DNA from: an uncultured virus (IMG/VR IMGVR_UViG_3300022555_000016)
Lineage: Duplodnaviria > Heunggongvirae > Uroviricota > Caudoviricetes
Reading direction: 5' to 3' (one strand)
IMG/VR virus record: IMGVR_UViG_3300022555_000016
DNA: 64,000 nucleotides
Part shown: positions 31,101 through 42,078 of the stretch, in pieces
Layout: the number at the start of each line of letters is the position of its first letter
How positions within the stretch are numbered: the stretch's first letter is position 1
Program-made: the position numbers and the translations under genes
Notes under the pieces: generated by a model
What the model was told of the DNA's origin: nothing
Database searches by the model: none
What the model saw: only the letters and a program-made list of their open reading frames with translations

Positions 31101-31916
31101 CTACTTATCCTTGGTTAAGACGACCGGATCAGCACCATCAAAGATGACTTCGACCCGGTTGGTGACGGTAGCGAAGGAAGGCATATCCAACCTAACAATC
31201 TCCCACCGTTCAATTGGACCAACAGGACGGTGTTTCTCTGGTATTTTACTCAGAACAGTAGCGTCCAACTCTTTAACTACTCGGCGCTTTTGCACGAAAG
31301 TTCCACGTTTAAAGAATGCTGGGTAGTTGTTCCAGTTGACACCTTTCTCAAAAAGCATCTCTTGGATGACACGGCAGTTCTTCTTGAACAACTGCTTAGA
31401 CGAATAGTAGTGCCGACCAGCCATCTCTATTGAGTTGCGGGTAGCGTCCCGTTCCCGCCACAGGATCATGTTTGCAGTTTCAATCAACGTCGGTAGGTTG
31501 ATTATTCTAGCGTCAAAGTGTGGCAGTAGTTTAGCTACCCTATCCGGCCAGTGCTTAACGGCCAAAGAAGTAAACTTTGCCGTGGTCATGGCTGCTAGGA
31601 CTGAGTGCAACTTGCTAAGCTTACCGTTGAAGAACGTTTGACTGGTAGGGTCAGGCTGGTACCACACTAGAGAGATTTCGTCAGACTGGGTGTAGCCCAG
31701 ATTAGCGTTAGCCTCAGCAACCAACCACTCAGTTGTTTGAATCATACACTCTGACAGGCGAAGATCGTAAGGCCGTTCCATTCCATGAGTAAACTTAGAG
31801 AAAGAACGACCGTCAACCCTAGCATAAATAGGGATCAAAGGAAGAAGGTGTCGGTCAGTTTCCCGCCGCTCATAGTCCTTCATCCTATCGCCAAAGTCAT
31901 CACGACGGCTAGACAT
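31101..31916 (-). CDS. thg1: tRNA(His) guanylyltransferase Thg1-like 3'-5' polymerase
   Basis: GDRMKDYE, RVDGRSFSKFT, YTQSDEISL, FDAR, WRERDATRNSI, FKRG. Confidence 0.95.
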   Translation of the reverse strand: MSSRRDDFGDRMKDYERRETDRHLLPLIPIYARVDGRSFSKFTHGMERPYDLRLSECMIQTTEWLVAEANANLGYTQSDEISLVWYQPDPTSQTFFNGKLSKLHSVLAAMTTAKFTSLAVKHWPDRVAKLLPHFDARIINLPTLIETANMILWRERDATRNSIEMAGRHYYSSKQLFKKNCRVIQEMLFEKGVNWNNYPAFFKRGTFVQKRRVVKELDATVLSKIPEKHRPVGPIERWEIVRLDMPSFATVTNRVEVIFDGADPVVLTKDK

Positions 31917-33180
31917 CAGGTTCTACCTCACTATCAACCAAGTCGTCCATGGAATCCTCGGAATCTGGATGAACAGCTTTCAAAAACTCAATGAAAACAT
32001 GAGCCAACTCTACTATGGCTGTAACTGAGTAGTCTAGTAGCTTGTCGTTGTTATTATTGAATAAGCTCCAACTACGATCAGGGTGGTGGTAGCACAAACG
32101 ATGCCTAACACCGTCAACATTGAAGTACAGGCCGCACTGCCGAATGAACCCTTTCTTGTTTTCGCTGTAGTCCCAAGTTATCTCCTTAGGATTATCAGCA
32201 ACAACGAGCATGGCTCCAGTTATTACGTGGAACAGCCGCATTGCAGCGTTGGGGTCATAGTCATAACTGCCACAATCCCCAATTATCCTATTGGTCAAAG
32301 CAGCTAGGCAATAGGCAATTTCTGGTTCCGCGTAGGGATCAGAGTTTACTAAGTCTTTAACCAACCAGACCTTATGTTCCATATCAGTTATAGGCTTTAG
32401 AGACATGGTGTTTGCTCCCTTACTCAGCAGTTATAGAGTGTGGATTATCGCAACGTGTAACTTTTACACGAGGAACCTCTTGATTAACTAATTGAACCCA
32501 CAAGGCCGACAACGTCTTAAATACTAAAGTTTTCTTACCTTGTCTTGGGTCAGAATTGTCCCAACCACGACTGACTACCATCTCTTGTTGGTTCAATAAC
32601 TCTGCTTTTGCCTGCTCTACGGTAACAGTTTTGCCACCAATTCCAAACAGGCTTGGCATTAAGGTAGTTATTTTCTCGTCATCGTCTAGAATGTCTGAGA
32701 AAAAGAACTCTATTGTCTTATCTTTACACTCCGGGCACAAAGTGTGAAGGTACATGTTGCCAGAGAACCAATGATAGCTCTTACCGCACTGCGAACACTC
32801 GCTAGGATAAACTCCCATCTTTAATTACTCCTTGTTGCTGTCATCGTAATTAAACGTAACTTGAACAGTAACTGCATCAGAGTCTACAGGTTTAACGTTA
32901 TGCTCATCGTAACCTGAAAGCGTAACTTTCTGATAGATAGTATCGTCCGCCAGCATGAAGTCGCAAGAACCGTCAGCGTTATGTTTAACTTTGACCAGGG
33001 AGGATGTTAACTTACCATCTTTGTCAACAACAGCAATAGGCTGTTCCAGAGCATGAAAGGTTTCGTCTTGTTCAACGTTAGCAACATTGTCACCGTCAGC
33101 AGTACCGGCAATATAGTTAGACCACATTTTAACATAGTTGCTAACGCTATTAACCGAAGATGATTCGGTTATAGTAAGTT

Positions 33181-33866
33181 CTACAGACATGTCACATTCT
33201 CCTTGTTAAAGAGACTATCTAAACTAGAGTGTAAGTCGGCAATTGACCCATTATTTTCAACGACGTGGTCAAAAGGCCAACCGATCCACTGCCACTCACT
33301 CTCATGAACTACGTTGTCGTCTTTATCTCTAATTACTACAGGACGCAAGAAATTCTCGCTATAGGTGGACTTAAGATAAACAACTTCGTCGTGCCAATCA
33401 GGCAATGGACCACGTTGACCCAGACTAATATGCCGCCTAGTTCTTTAATCATCTGAAGTTCATTAACGAATCTACAGTCAGTAATAACAACTTTGTCTTT
33501 ATTTAATAACCGACGTTTCAACGATAAAACCCAAATGTCAGGATGTAGACAGTCCCGGAAGATTTCAGTACCTAAGTACTGTAGAGCAAAGCGCGGAGTA
33601 AACCTCGGTGATATTTTACTGCCTTTGTGATTAGGCCAATCAAGGTGCTGTTCCCACCAATGGTCTGGAGTCTCACGCCACTACCTAGACTCTGGTGTAT
33701 CACCTTCCAATAACTTCCGGTCCCAACCGAACAAAGCAGCAGTTATGTTTTTAAGCGACTTGGCAAACGAGTCTTTGGTGAAACCTTTATTCTCGGTTAA
33801 CCAGTTACCGATTGTGTCTTTACCTGCCGACTTCCAACCGCAGATTCCAATAATTTGTTTGGTCAT
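33181..33866 (-). pseudogene. deoxynucleoside monophosphate kinase, disrupted by an in-frame TAG (33681-33683) and a 1-nt deletion near 33416
   Basis: IIGICGWKSAGKDT..SFAKSLK..ESR*WRE..TPRFALQYLGTEIFR..DIWV..VITDCRFVNE..GGILVWV/RGPLPDW..HESEW..NNGSI. Confidence 0.8.
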
Positions 33867-33888
33867 AGATATTACCTACTGTTAAAAC

Positions 33889-33917
33889 ATAGTACCACAA
33901 CGGTACAAACAAGTCAA
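33889..33917 (-). promoter_or_regulatory. sigma70-type promoter
   Basis: TTGACT-17nt-TACTAT. Confidence 0.7.
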
Positions 33918-35110
33918 GCGGAATCTTTTTTAAAAGATTCCGCTTTTTCTAATCCTTCAATCTTTCAGGCGTCCGGTTTTGTCTAGCCATAAACCACGCT
34001 CTGCCATGAACCCAAGCCAGTTGTAGCAACGTTGGTTTTGTAACCACTTGCGTGGGTAGGTAGGGAGTTTGCCACAATCAACTCCGTTACCTTCTTCCAA
34101 TTGTCTTTTGAAAGCGGTACGTCCTTGCCTGAACCAAATAACATATTTGGACACGGTAATAAAGTTAGTCCCATCTTTTTCGTCTATTAAAGGCATAAGG
34201 TTAGTCCTTTACTCAGAGTCATGACAGAGCCACCTTACACCGTAAAGATATAAGGGTAGAGAAACTTCGCTGACTTGTGTCTGATCAAACTTGCCAGTAG
34301 CTTTGATATAGTTGGCTACTGTGAGGGCTTTATCAACGTCTCTCAATCTAGCGGAATAGATACTCTTTTGACGAGTCTTTCTAGCTAGAAAACTCTCAAG
34401 AGCTGATTCTTTGGTTGGACAGGCATGTTTCTTGTTGTGGCTGTTTAGGACTAAAACCTCGTCTGATCCTGAAAAATCGCCAAACCACCTACGTAGTTTT
34501 ACTCCTTTTGGAGTTAACTTAGTTACCCTAAACTCCAAAAGATTAACTTTAAGAGTGCTTGATCCTACGATATTATCAAACTCATCAACCGGCGGTGCGT
34601 AGGATTGGTCCTCGTACCTGTACCAGATGTCCCCAACTTGTGGTGTAAACATGATTATCTACCTCAACCGAGAAAGAAGCTTGTTATATCGACGATCAAA
34701 CAAGTCAATCTTTAACTTGGAGTGGTTACTGCACGACAAGTCCAAGGCGTCATCTCGAAAACCTAGACACTGCAAAGACATAGCTTGAAAATGTTTGATC
34801 TCAAGGTTAACTTTTTGAATCTCGTTGAACGTATCCATGGCGACTCCTAGTTAGGACGAAGGTCAATAAGCCTAATGATGCTATGGCTCCCAAACAAACG
34901 TTGTGCAAACACTTCTACCGCTTCAGCAACCTCCCTACAAGCAAAACCTGTAGCTTTACTGAAATCATCACTGTTGTTTGAAAAAGGCACCCATTCATCG
35001 GTAGTTACATTGTACAAATAGGACTTATGGAACTCTAAAGTTTCCAACTCTTTTAACAAGACCTCCTTAGACTCAAAAAGCTTAACCAAAGTTTCAGCAC
35101 TAACATCGGC

Positions 35111-35293
35111 GCTACACAGATAGAACATATATGACACACCTCTCGCTAAAGCTGAGAGGTTTCTTCCTGTGTGCTCTTGGGTAGCTAAGCCAAGATAACA
35201 GGCAGCCTCCTACTTTCAAGGGAATCTAGACCCTCTCTTAGGAGTTGAGGCGTTCCCGGTGTCCTCCGGTACACTGTCCGTTTCAGTGGACGA
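35111..35293 (-). ncRNA. free-standing IS605/TnpB right-end omega-RNA-like element with putative guide
   Basis: TACCGG-AGGACA-CCGGGAAC, GCCTGT...ACAGGAA, CCTCTC-AGCTTTAGC-GAGAGG-TGTGTCA; GACAC/GTGTC pseudoknot. Confidence 0.7.
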
Positions 35294-35299
35294 TAAAGC

Positions 35300-35328
35300 A
35301 TCGTAACACAAAAGAATCAGGAAGTCAA
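35300..35328 (-). promoter_or_regulatory. sigma70-type promoter driving the omega-RNA-like element
   Basis: TTGACT-17nt-TACGAT. Confidence 0.7.
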
Positions 35329-35397
35329 GGAAACTTTTAGTACAGGTAAGATTCTATTGAACTAGGATTCTAGAAGTAGTTGGCTAAAATGTTAGAA

Positions 35398-35560
35398 TGG
35401 CGGGAATACCCGAAGGTGTTAGGTTTTTAGTCCTTATATCTCCGCCCTAGTTGTGCGTAGCACAACGTCGAAGAAGGGCTGGAGCTTTACGGACGATACA
35501 GTAAACTCCTTACAGGGTTAACTTTGAAGTTCTAAAACTGTTCCTGGCGGGAACAAGCCC
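35398..35560 (-). ncRNA. candidate pseudoknotted structured RNA
   Basis: GGAGTTTAC/GTAAAGCTCC stem whose loop TGTATCGTCC pairs with GGAGATATA; GCCCT/AGGGC and GTTGTGC/GCACAAC stems; ACC-TTCG-GGT; no ORF. Confidence 0.5.
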
Positions 35561-38500
35561 ATGATTTTAATCCTTATCTGATAACACAGGGATCGTGTCT
35601 TTGCCTAAAGCTGCTAGTTGTTGCCGAGTGTAAACCAGTTCTTTCAACCAAGCAGCCAATTGAAAATGTGCAGCAGAGCACGCGCCTGTATAAGTAGTAC
35701 TTACCTTCAGCGCATGAATTATGGCTTCATTTAACTCTTTGGAGTCATCAAACATTGATATTATCCTTACCTTTAGTTACCTTATTACTGCGAGGCCCGA
35801 AGTTCATGCAGAAATGAAACTCGTCAGTAGTGGACTTACAGTCACAGTCACGTTTATCAAACCGACAACTGCTAACGTAGTAGGCATTTTTTTGAATCTC
35901 AATGTTCGTTAAGCTCCGATTGCTAATGTCCCAAAAGACACAATTATGACAGCAATCTTCTGACGATAGACCGTAACCACGTTTACCCAATAAATGTCTA
36001 CCCCAAGAACTCATTGTAGGTTCTAAACGAGGCTTAAAATTAACGATGTTGTCAGACATTCTTCTTCCTTTCTTAATAGCGGTCTAAACATCTCGCTTTA
36101 GGTTCTGTACTGGAACAATTATTATTTTACCTTCGAGATTATCTTCAAACCATTTAATGGTATCTTTGTCAGACCACGTTACCCAATCAGGAGAATAAAC
36201 AGAATGAAGGGCAGCGTTTCCTCTGTGTACCCCTAGAAGGGTAGCTCTAATGTTCAAGGGTTTACCTAGATAAAACCCCTCATGGACAACAGCAGAATTT
36301 ACCCCTAGAAACGAGGAAATACACAAGCCAGCCGCAGACTCTACAGAAGTAACGAAATCCCTGGAAAACTCATAACAGTCCTCAATAGGGTTTTGACTTA
36401 TTTTGTCTATCAACCTAGCTAACGTGTTGAGATGATTTTGCCAAGACTTATGAGGCATCCCAGAAATAATCCAAGCAGTGTCTAATTGACGCAAAGAAGA
36501 TTTTGAGCTTTCTCGTTCTTTAGGTGTAGTCCTGGAAAAATCGATGTTGAAAGACTCTTTAACATTCTGAGCAGAGGCTATTAACTTATCCATACCGTCT
36601 AAAACGCGTTTTGGAAAAGCTAAACAAACTTCCTGTAGCACCTTACTCGCATTACTTTTGTGCAAATAGAAATCGGCCATTAGTTTGTTCCTTTGTCAAA
36701 AACCTACAAATCCCAACCGTGCCTATCAGCAAGGTCACAACTTAAATTTATTGCTCTATCCTCGGCTTCTTGCTCTGTTTCCGCTTCAATTTCATAAATA
36801 GGTACACCATCCCCATGTTCAAGTAGAGCAGCTTCTTTAGTTTGAAAAATTTCAGTCCTAGACCAAGTTAAAACCGCAAAAAATGTTGCCATTACTGTTC
36901 TTTCTTAGCTGCGGTCTCTAAAACCGCTAGACAACCGTGAGACAAGTACGGTTTGCCTTGATAATGGACGGTAAAAGGGTTGTCAACTACTACGTTGCAA
37001 TTTGGACACCAAGCTTTACCAGCCGCCAGGGCATCTTCTCTTTGCTTGTTTCGCCTCAACATCTCCCAATGTTCCGCCCAGCCGTAATGACTATGAGAAG
37101 TTGATAGATTACATAAATAACACATTGTTTACCTCTGTAGTTAACTTGGCAGCTTGTTCCGCAACGCTGATAAGGCAGCTGGAATGTCGTCAGGGTGGAT
37201 AATTCCTGTTTTAACGTTAAACTCTGACTCATCAATGATAAAAATATCACCACGCTTAGCTACTTCTGTAGCCACCCACTTGAATCCAGTTAGAGTTTCT
37301 AGTAGTCTCAACTGCATCTTTTGGAAAACTTCAAAAGTTAATGGTAGTTCTTCTTTATCAGGAACAGTTGAACTTTGAGTTAAACAAGCAGTAAGAGTCA
37401 GTTCAGACAACTTGTTGTTTAGCTCTTCTGACAGTTTGATTGGCTCTGCGTATTTGGCGTATTTGGTATATTTGAGGGTAGGAATCATGGTTAACAACCC
37501 TAATTTTTAATAAGAATCAAACGTCCGTTTATGTTAGCCATAGCTTCTCTCAAAAGACAAGCTACCCTATAGGCAGTACCACAGTCTGAAACGTTAATTA
37601 TTACAGTGTCAGCAACTACATCAAGTACCTTATTACTTAATAATCCTTCAATGTCATCTATTATTTTAAGGTTGCTAGGATGGGAACCCAGTACTAAATG
37701 ATCAATATCGGTAATAAAAGTAACTTGTTTACCAGCACGAGTTACTGCACAGCCTATAGCAAGCTCTATTGAGAGTCCAAATAAATGAGTTACTTGATTT
37801 TCCGCAGAAATGTTAATTACGTGCATAACAAGTCTCTCCTATTTTAATGCTTCAAAATGATTGAACAAGAGTTTAATCTAATCGCGTTGCTGGACAAGTA
37901 GTAACTATTCAGGCAATCTAAGTAGACTCGTTCCGGCGAACTGGGGAAATAATACAAGTTAGCCACGTAGCCGAGGGTTAAAGCTAGAACAACCGAGCAA
38001 AAACAGATAGTTATGGCTTTGTTACGGGGCATGGAAGAAACTCCTGGTATGGTAGTCAGGGGAGAGTTGGTTGTTCTCCCCTGACTATAAAACCTTAGCC
38101 TAATTCGTTAATACTTGTTTTAACAGCCTTAAAAGACGCGGTGTCTTGACTGCTTGTTAGCGTAACATCAGACTAAATTGGAAATCCAACCTTCATAGTT
38201 ATGGAAGGGTCTGGAATATCCGCCTTATCGGCTAAAAGTTTAACAATTACCAGGCGACCATTAGCAGTAAGTAGGGCGCGTTTAGCCATGTCTGCTATTT
38301 CGGCAACTAGCTTCGAGTCTTCTACATCAACAACAACTAGGTTTAGAGTGTAACTCCTAATACCAGTCCTAATGCTATCAGTCTTAACAACTCTAAGATT
38401 GTTAGCAGAATGACTATCAAGGTAATGGTCTGACACCAATACAACTTGATGATCTGGATTAGCCGTAGCATAACCCATCGCCATAGCAACTGCTAATTGC

Positions 38501-38576
38501 GCTTTGCCACTTTGACTACTTCCGCTTAGTTCTAAAACTTCAACCATTGACTAGACTCCTTCTTGAGATTATTAAC

Positions 38577-38605
38577 ATGTTACAACAATCGAACGATGAA
38601 GTCAA
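38577..38605 (-). promoter_or_regulatory. sigma70-type promoter
   Basis: TTGACT-17nt-TAACAT. Confidence 0.65.
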
Positions 38606-40911
38606 GGAAATTTTTACCAAAAAGCCCAAGGTGTAGTTTGATTTACACCTTGGGCTTTTCAGTCTATTTAGATAGGTTAACTGGCGTCTTTAATGGACTT
38701 GATGTAAGTGTTGAACCAGTCAGTAGGAGACATCCACTTAACACCACCAGTACCGTCAGCTACAACAATTGAGCCTTCAGCAACAGGATTTTCTTTTTTG
38801 AACACTTCACCAATAATTCCAAAGGTACCGTAGGAACGAAGCTGAGAAGCATTAACTGCCATACCGGTGTTATAGTTACTAGCCATGGTAGCGTCCTTTA
38901 AAAGGAGATAGTTACAGAAAGGTCAAATGACCAAAACAATTAGTTAGGTTAACTAAGTGCTTAGTCCAGCACCCAAGGATGTCGTTTGTTGAATTAAAAC
39001 CCAACGACCGTTGTCAAACACGACGTAGCAGTTAATTAACGCTTTACCTTCGTAGCGCAATGTCCTTAAATCACCTTGCTCACCGCTAGAAGGCGTGCGG
39101 TCTAGTTCATAGTAGCCTTTGTAGACAACTTGTCCTTCAACCGGTTCCTTGGACTGACTAGAAGATTCTTCAGTAGTTTTGTTTGAACGGGCTTGGTTTG
39201 ACAAACCGACAATATCGCCGCTCCACTTACCACACCAGTCTACTGCTTTAGTTGTCGGCCAAGTTCCTTGAGGACAGGGTGACTTTTGCCTACACAACCC
39301 ATTATCATTATAATTAAAGGCTTCCCAATAGTCGCAAGTTGAGCATCTCATTTTGTGCTTGATCTTGTTAGACATGTCGTGCTCCACGAGTTTGCATTTC
39401 AGTTAGAGTTATTTCCATGGTTTTCAACCGATCTATTAAAGTTGATTCGTCTAGGGACAACTTTGCACTTAGCTGAGGATCAGCATGTTGAACTGTTACC
39501 TTAGCAGCACCTAGAGATTCAAGGTGCTTGGCTAGAAGGACAATTAGAGAAGTCTTACCAGAGTGTTCTGGTGCTGAAATTTGAATTGTTACACGAGCAT
39601 TAGGCATCTAAGGCTGTCCTTTTATAGGTCTATAAAGTTGAGTGTTAGGTGGAGGCGGGCGTTCATAACGTTTCTCGTCTGGACACAAGGTTTCTAGGTT
39701 ATGGAACCCTGCGACTACGTGGACACAGAGAGAATCAACCTTCCAGAACAACAACTTGCTTTGGTGGATTAAGCACCTGTGGTTCTGTCTGTTGAAGTGT
39801 ATGCAGTTGTAGTTTATTCCCACTTGGGACTCCTTACGTACAAAACTTCATAAGTTGCCGGTGTCTACACAAACCGTAATAGAAACCTGAATCCTTATGA
39901 CTTTCTCTCATCTTAGCATAGGGCATAGCGCGGAAGGTCACTTTAGACGGCTGCTTAAGTCGGGTTCTAAAGTTAGACAACCATGGTGTGTACAGTCTAT
40001 GATAGAGGTTCTCTGGTGGTCGGCGTCGTTCAAAGGCGTATTTAGACATTACTTATTACTCCATAGCGACCAGGGCCAAATAGACATTACCACAAAGAGA
40101 AAAGTCAACTCTATAGTACTAAACTGATAATTATGGTACCACAAGGCTAGGACTATAGAGCTTACACCGATACCTATTAGGTTTACTTTGGAGAACATTG
40201 GCTTCCTTTGGTTGGAAGAGAAGGTGGTAGATTTTACTGTCTACCCCCTTCTCTTTAGGTTACAAGGTCAATGACTCAGATTGCTGGTAGATAGCATTGG
40301 CGACAAGCTGTGTTGTTGCTATTACCGTAGGTGGGGCGTTATGGTCAACTAACAACAGGTTCACGGCTAACTAGTTCCTCTTTATGAAGAGACAGGTTGA
40401 CTATCTCAAAACAGGCAAATTGAGAGTTTTCAAAAGGCCACCCTGAAGACAGGTTCCAACCGTATAGTGGATTTACTGACATGCTATTGCTCCTTTGGAT
40501 AGCCGTTCAGATTTAGACTCTTGAATCATCTCTTCCAATCTAGAAGTTGTATCATTTAGGTCCTTGGTTATAGCTTTCAGTCTAGTTGAGTAATTGTTGA
40601 AAGCGTTAATTAAACCCTTAAGGGCGTCAAGCTGTTTGTCAAAGGAGGACATGACTGGTTAATCCTAATCCATAGCTGTTTCTATGATGATAGTTAAAGA
40701 TTACTTAATTAGGAGACAACTCCAAACTTGACAATCTCATGGTCTTCGGGATTGAGGTTGTGGTGGATTAGTTCTAGAGTTAGAGCGTTGACGGAGTTTG
40801 AAAAATGCGCGTGGTGAGCGTTAGAGGTGTAGCTGTAGCTAGCGTTACCTGTGAACCATTCACCGTGCTTGTTCCGGGCAGCATAGATTATTTGGTTATT
40901 AGAGTTGGACA

Positions 40912-41574
40912 TTAGGTACAAACTCCTTTACCGGATAAGTAGTTAACGTGGGCTTCTTTTTTCTGAGCAATTGTCTTATGATACCACTCCCTGGTGGCGG
41001 ATAGACGGACTTCTGAGTTAGGATCGTTTTTCAACTTTTCCAGAACGTAGTCAGGAGTGTTAGGGTGCCAAGCAACTTCGCGACGAACCGACCAATCAGG
41101 ATCGTTAGCGAGTTTTTCCAAAGTAGCAGTTGCGGTTTTAAAATTGGAAGCTACAGAACAACGAACATGAATATCACCATAACTTGCTAAAACCTCTAAA
41201 ATAGAAATAGGTGTACGGTAGCTAGTTGCTAAAGCCGTAGCAACTCGGTAGTCAGAATCTTCCACTAGTTTAGATAGGATTTCTAGTGGTACGTTGGGAT
41301 TGTCTACTAGAGCAGCACGAACTTCCCAATTAGGACTTGAAACATAGAGGTCAAAATCTGAGGTTTCTCGTGCAAGAGAAACTTCTTTAGTTGTTTCCCG
41401 GAACGTTAAAAACTCGTTTTGAATACAGTCCAGGCAATAGGCTACTGAACCGTACTCACCTTCTGATGTGTCAACTTCTAAGCAGAGTTTGTCTTGACCA
41501 CAGTTATCACAAGTTGTTTGGTTTATATCAGTTGTGGAGATTCTGCTATAGTCCAACTCTACGGATTTTAACAT
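40912..41574 (-). CDS. HEAT/leucine-rich-variant repeat protein
   Basis: Repeats of VR.A.A.NP.TP..VLEKL..D. Confidence 0.75.
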   Translation of the reverse strand: MLKSVELDYSRISTTDINQTTCDNCGQDKLCLEVDTSEGEYGSVAYCLDCIQNEFLTFRETTKEVSLARETSDFDLYVSSPNWEVRAALVDNPNVPLEILSKLVEDSDYRVATALATSYRTPISILEVLASYGDIHVRCSVASNFKTATATLEKLANDPDWSVRREVAWHPNTPDYVLEKLKNDPNSEVRLSATREWYHKTIAQKKEAHVNYLSGKGVCT

Positions 41575-42004
41575 GATTAGGAGTCCTGTGTTAAAGTAGA
41601 AAGTTTAATCCAGCCGAAAGCTATACAACCACCGATAATATCTAAGTCAATAGAATTGGTACCTTTTTTTATTACGGACCTACCCTTTACAGACAACAAA
41701 GTTTCACCGTCAGCAATGTAGTTGAAAACCCACAGAGGGAGCAGCCAATGATTATTGGGCCAAACGCGGAAACCTAAATTTTCTAAAGTGGTTGTAGGTA
41801 GAGAGTCCAACTCGGCAATTGTAACTTTACGAGAGAATTGTTTCCTAGTAGGGAAAGGCGCGTCTTTCCAAATATAGGCTACTTCATCAGACCAATTATC
41901 TTCATAGGCAGCACCACAAGCTGCTGTATTGGCTAGAGTAGTCAGTACATCAAACAAATAAGTGTCAACAGGTATATTACCCATGGCTAGGTTGTCCTAA
42001 TAGG

Positions 42005-42057
42005 AAAAGCCGGGTGGTCAATTTTCGCTAAACTGCGAGAGTGACCACCCGGCTTTT
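42005..42057 (-). terminator. long hairpin terminator after the SSB-like gene
   Basis: AAAAGCCGGGTGGTCA/TGACCACCCGGCTTTT. Confidence 0.7.
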
Positions 42058-42078
42058 ATGTTACTTGCTACGCGAGTT

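Noticed and set aside
33681..33683. Genome-wide amber (TAG) recoding
   Set aside because: Only one gene has an internal TAG, and it also has a frameshift. Long conserved genes are uninterrupted, many genes end in TAG, and no suppressor tRNA was seen.
37500..39607. Three small proteins with P-loop-like starts (e.g. GSSQSGKA, APEHSGKT)
   Set aside because: Too short and degenerate to call NTPases; left as hypothetical.
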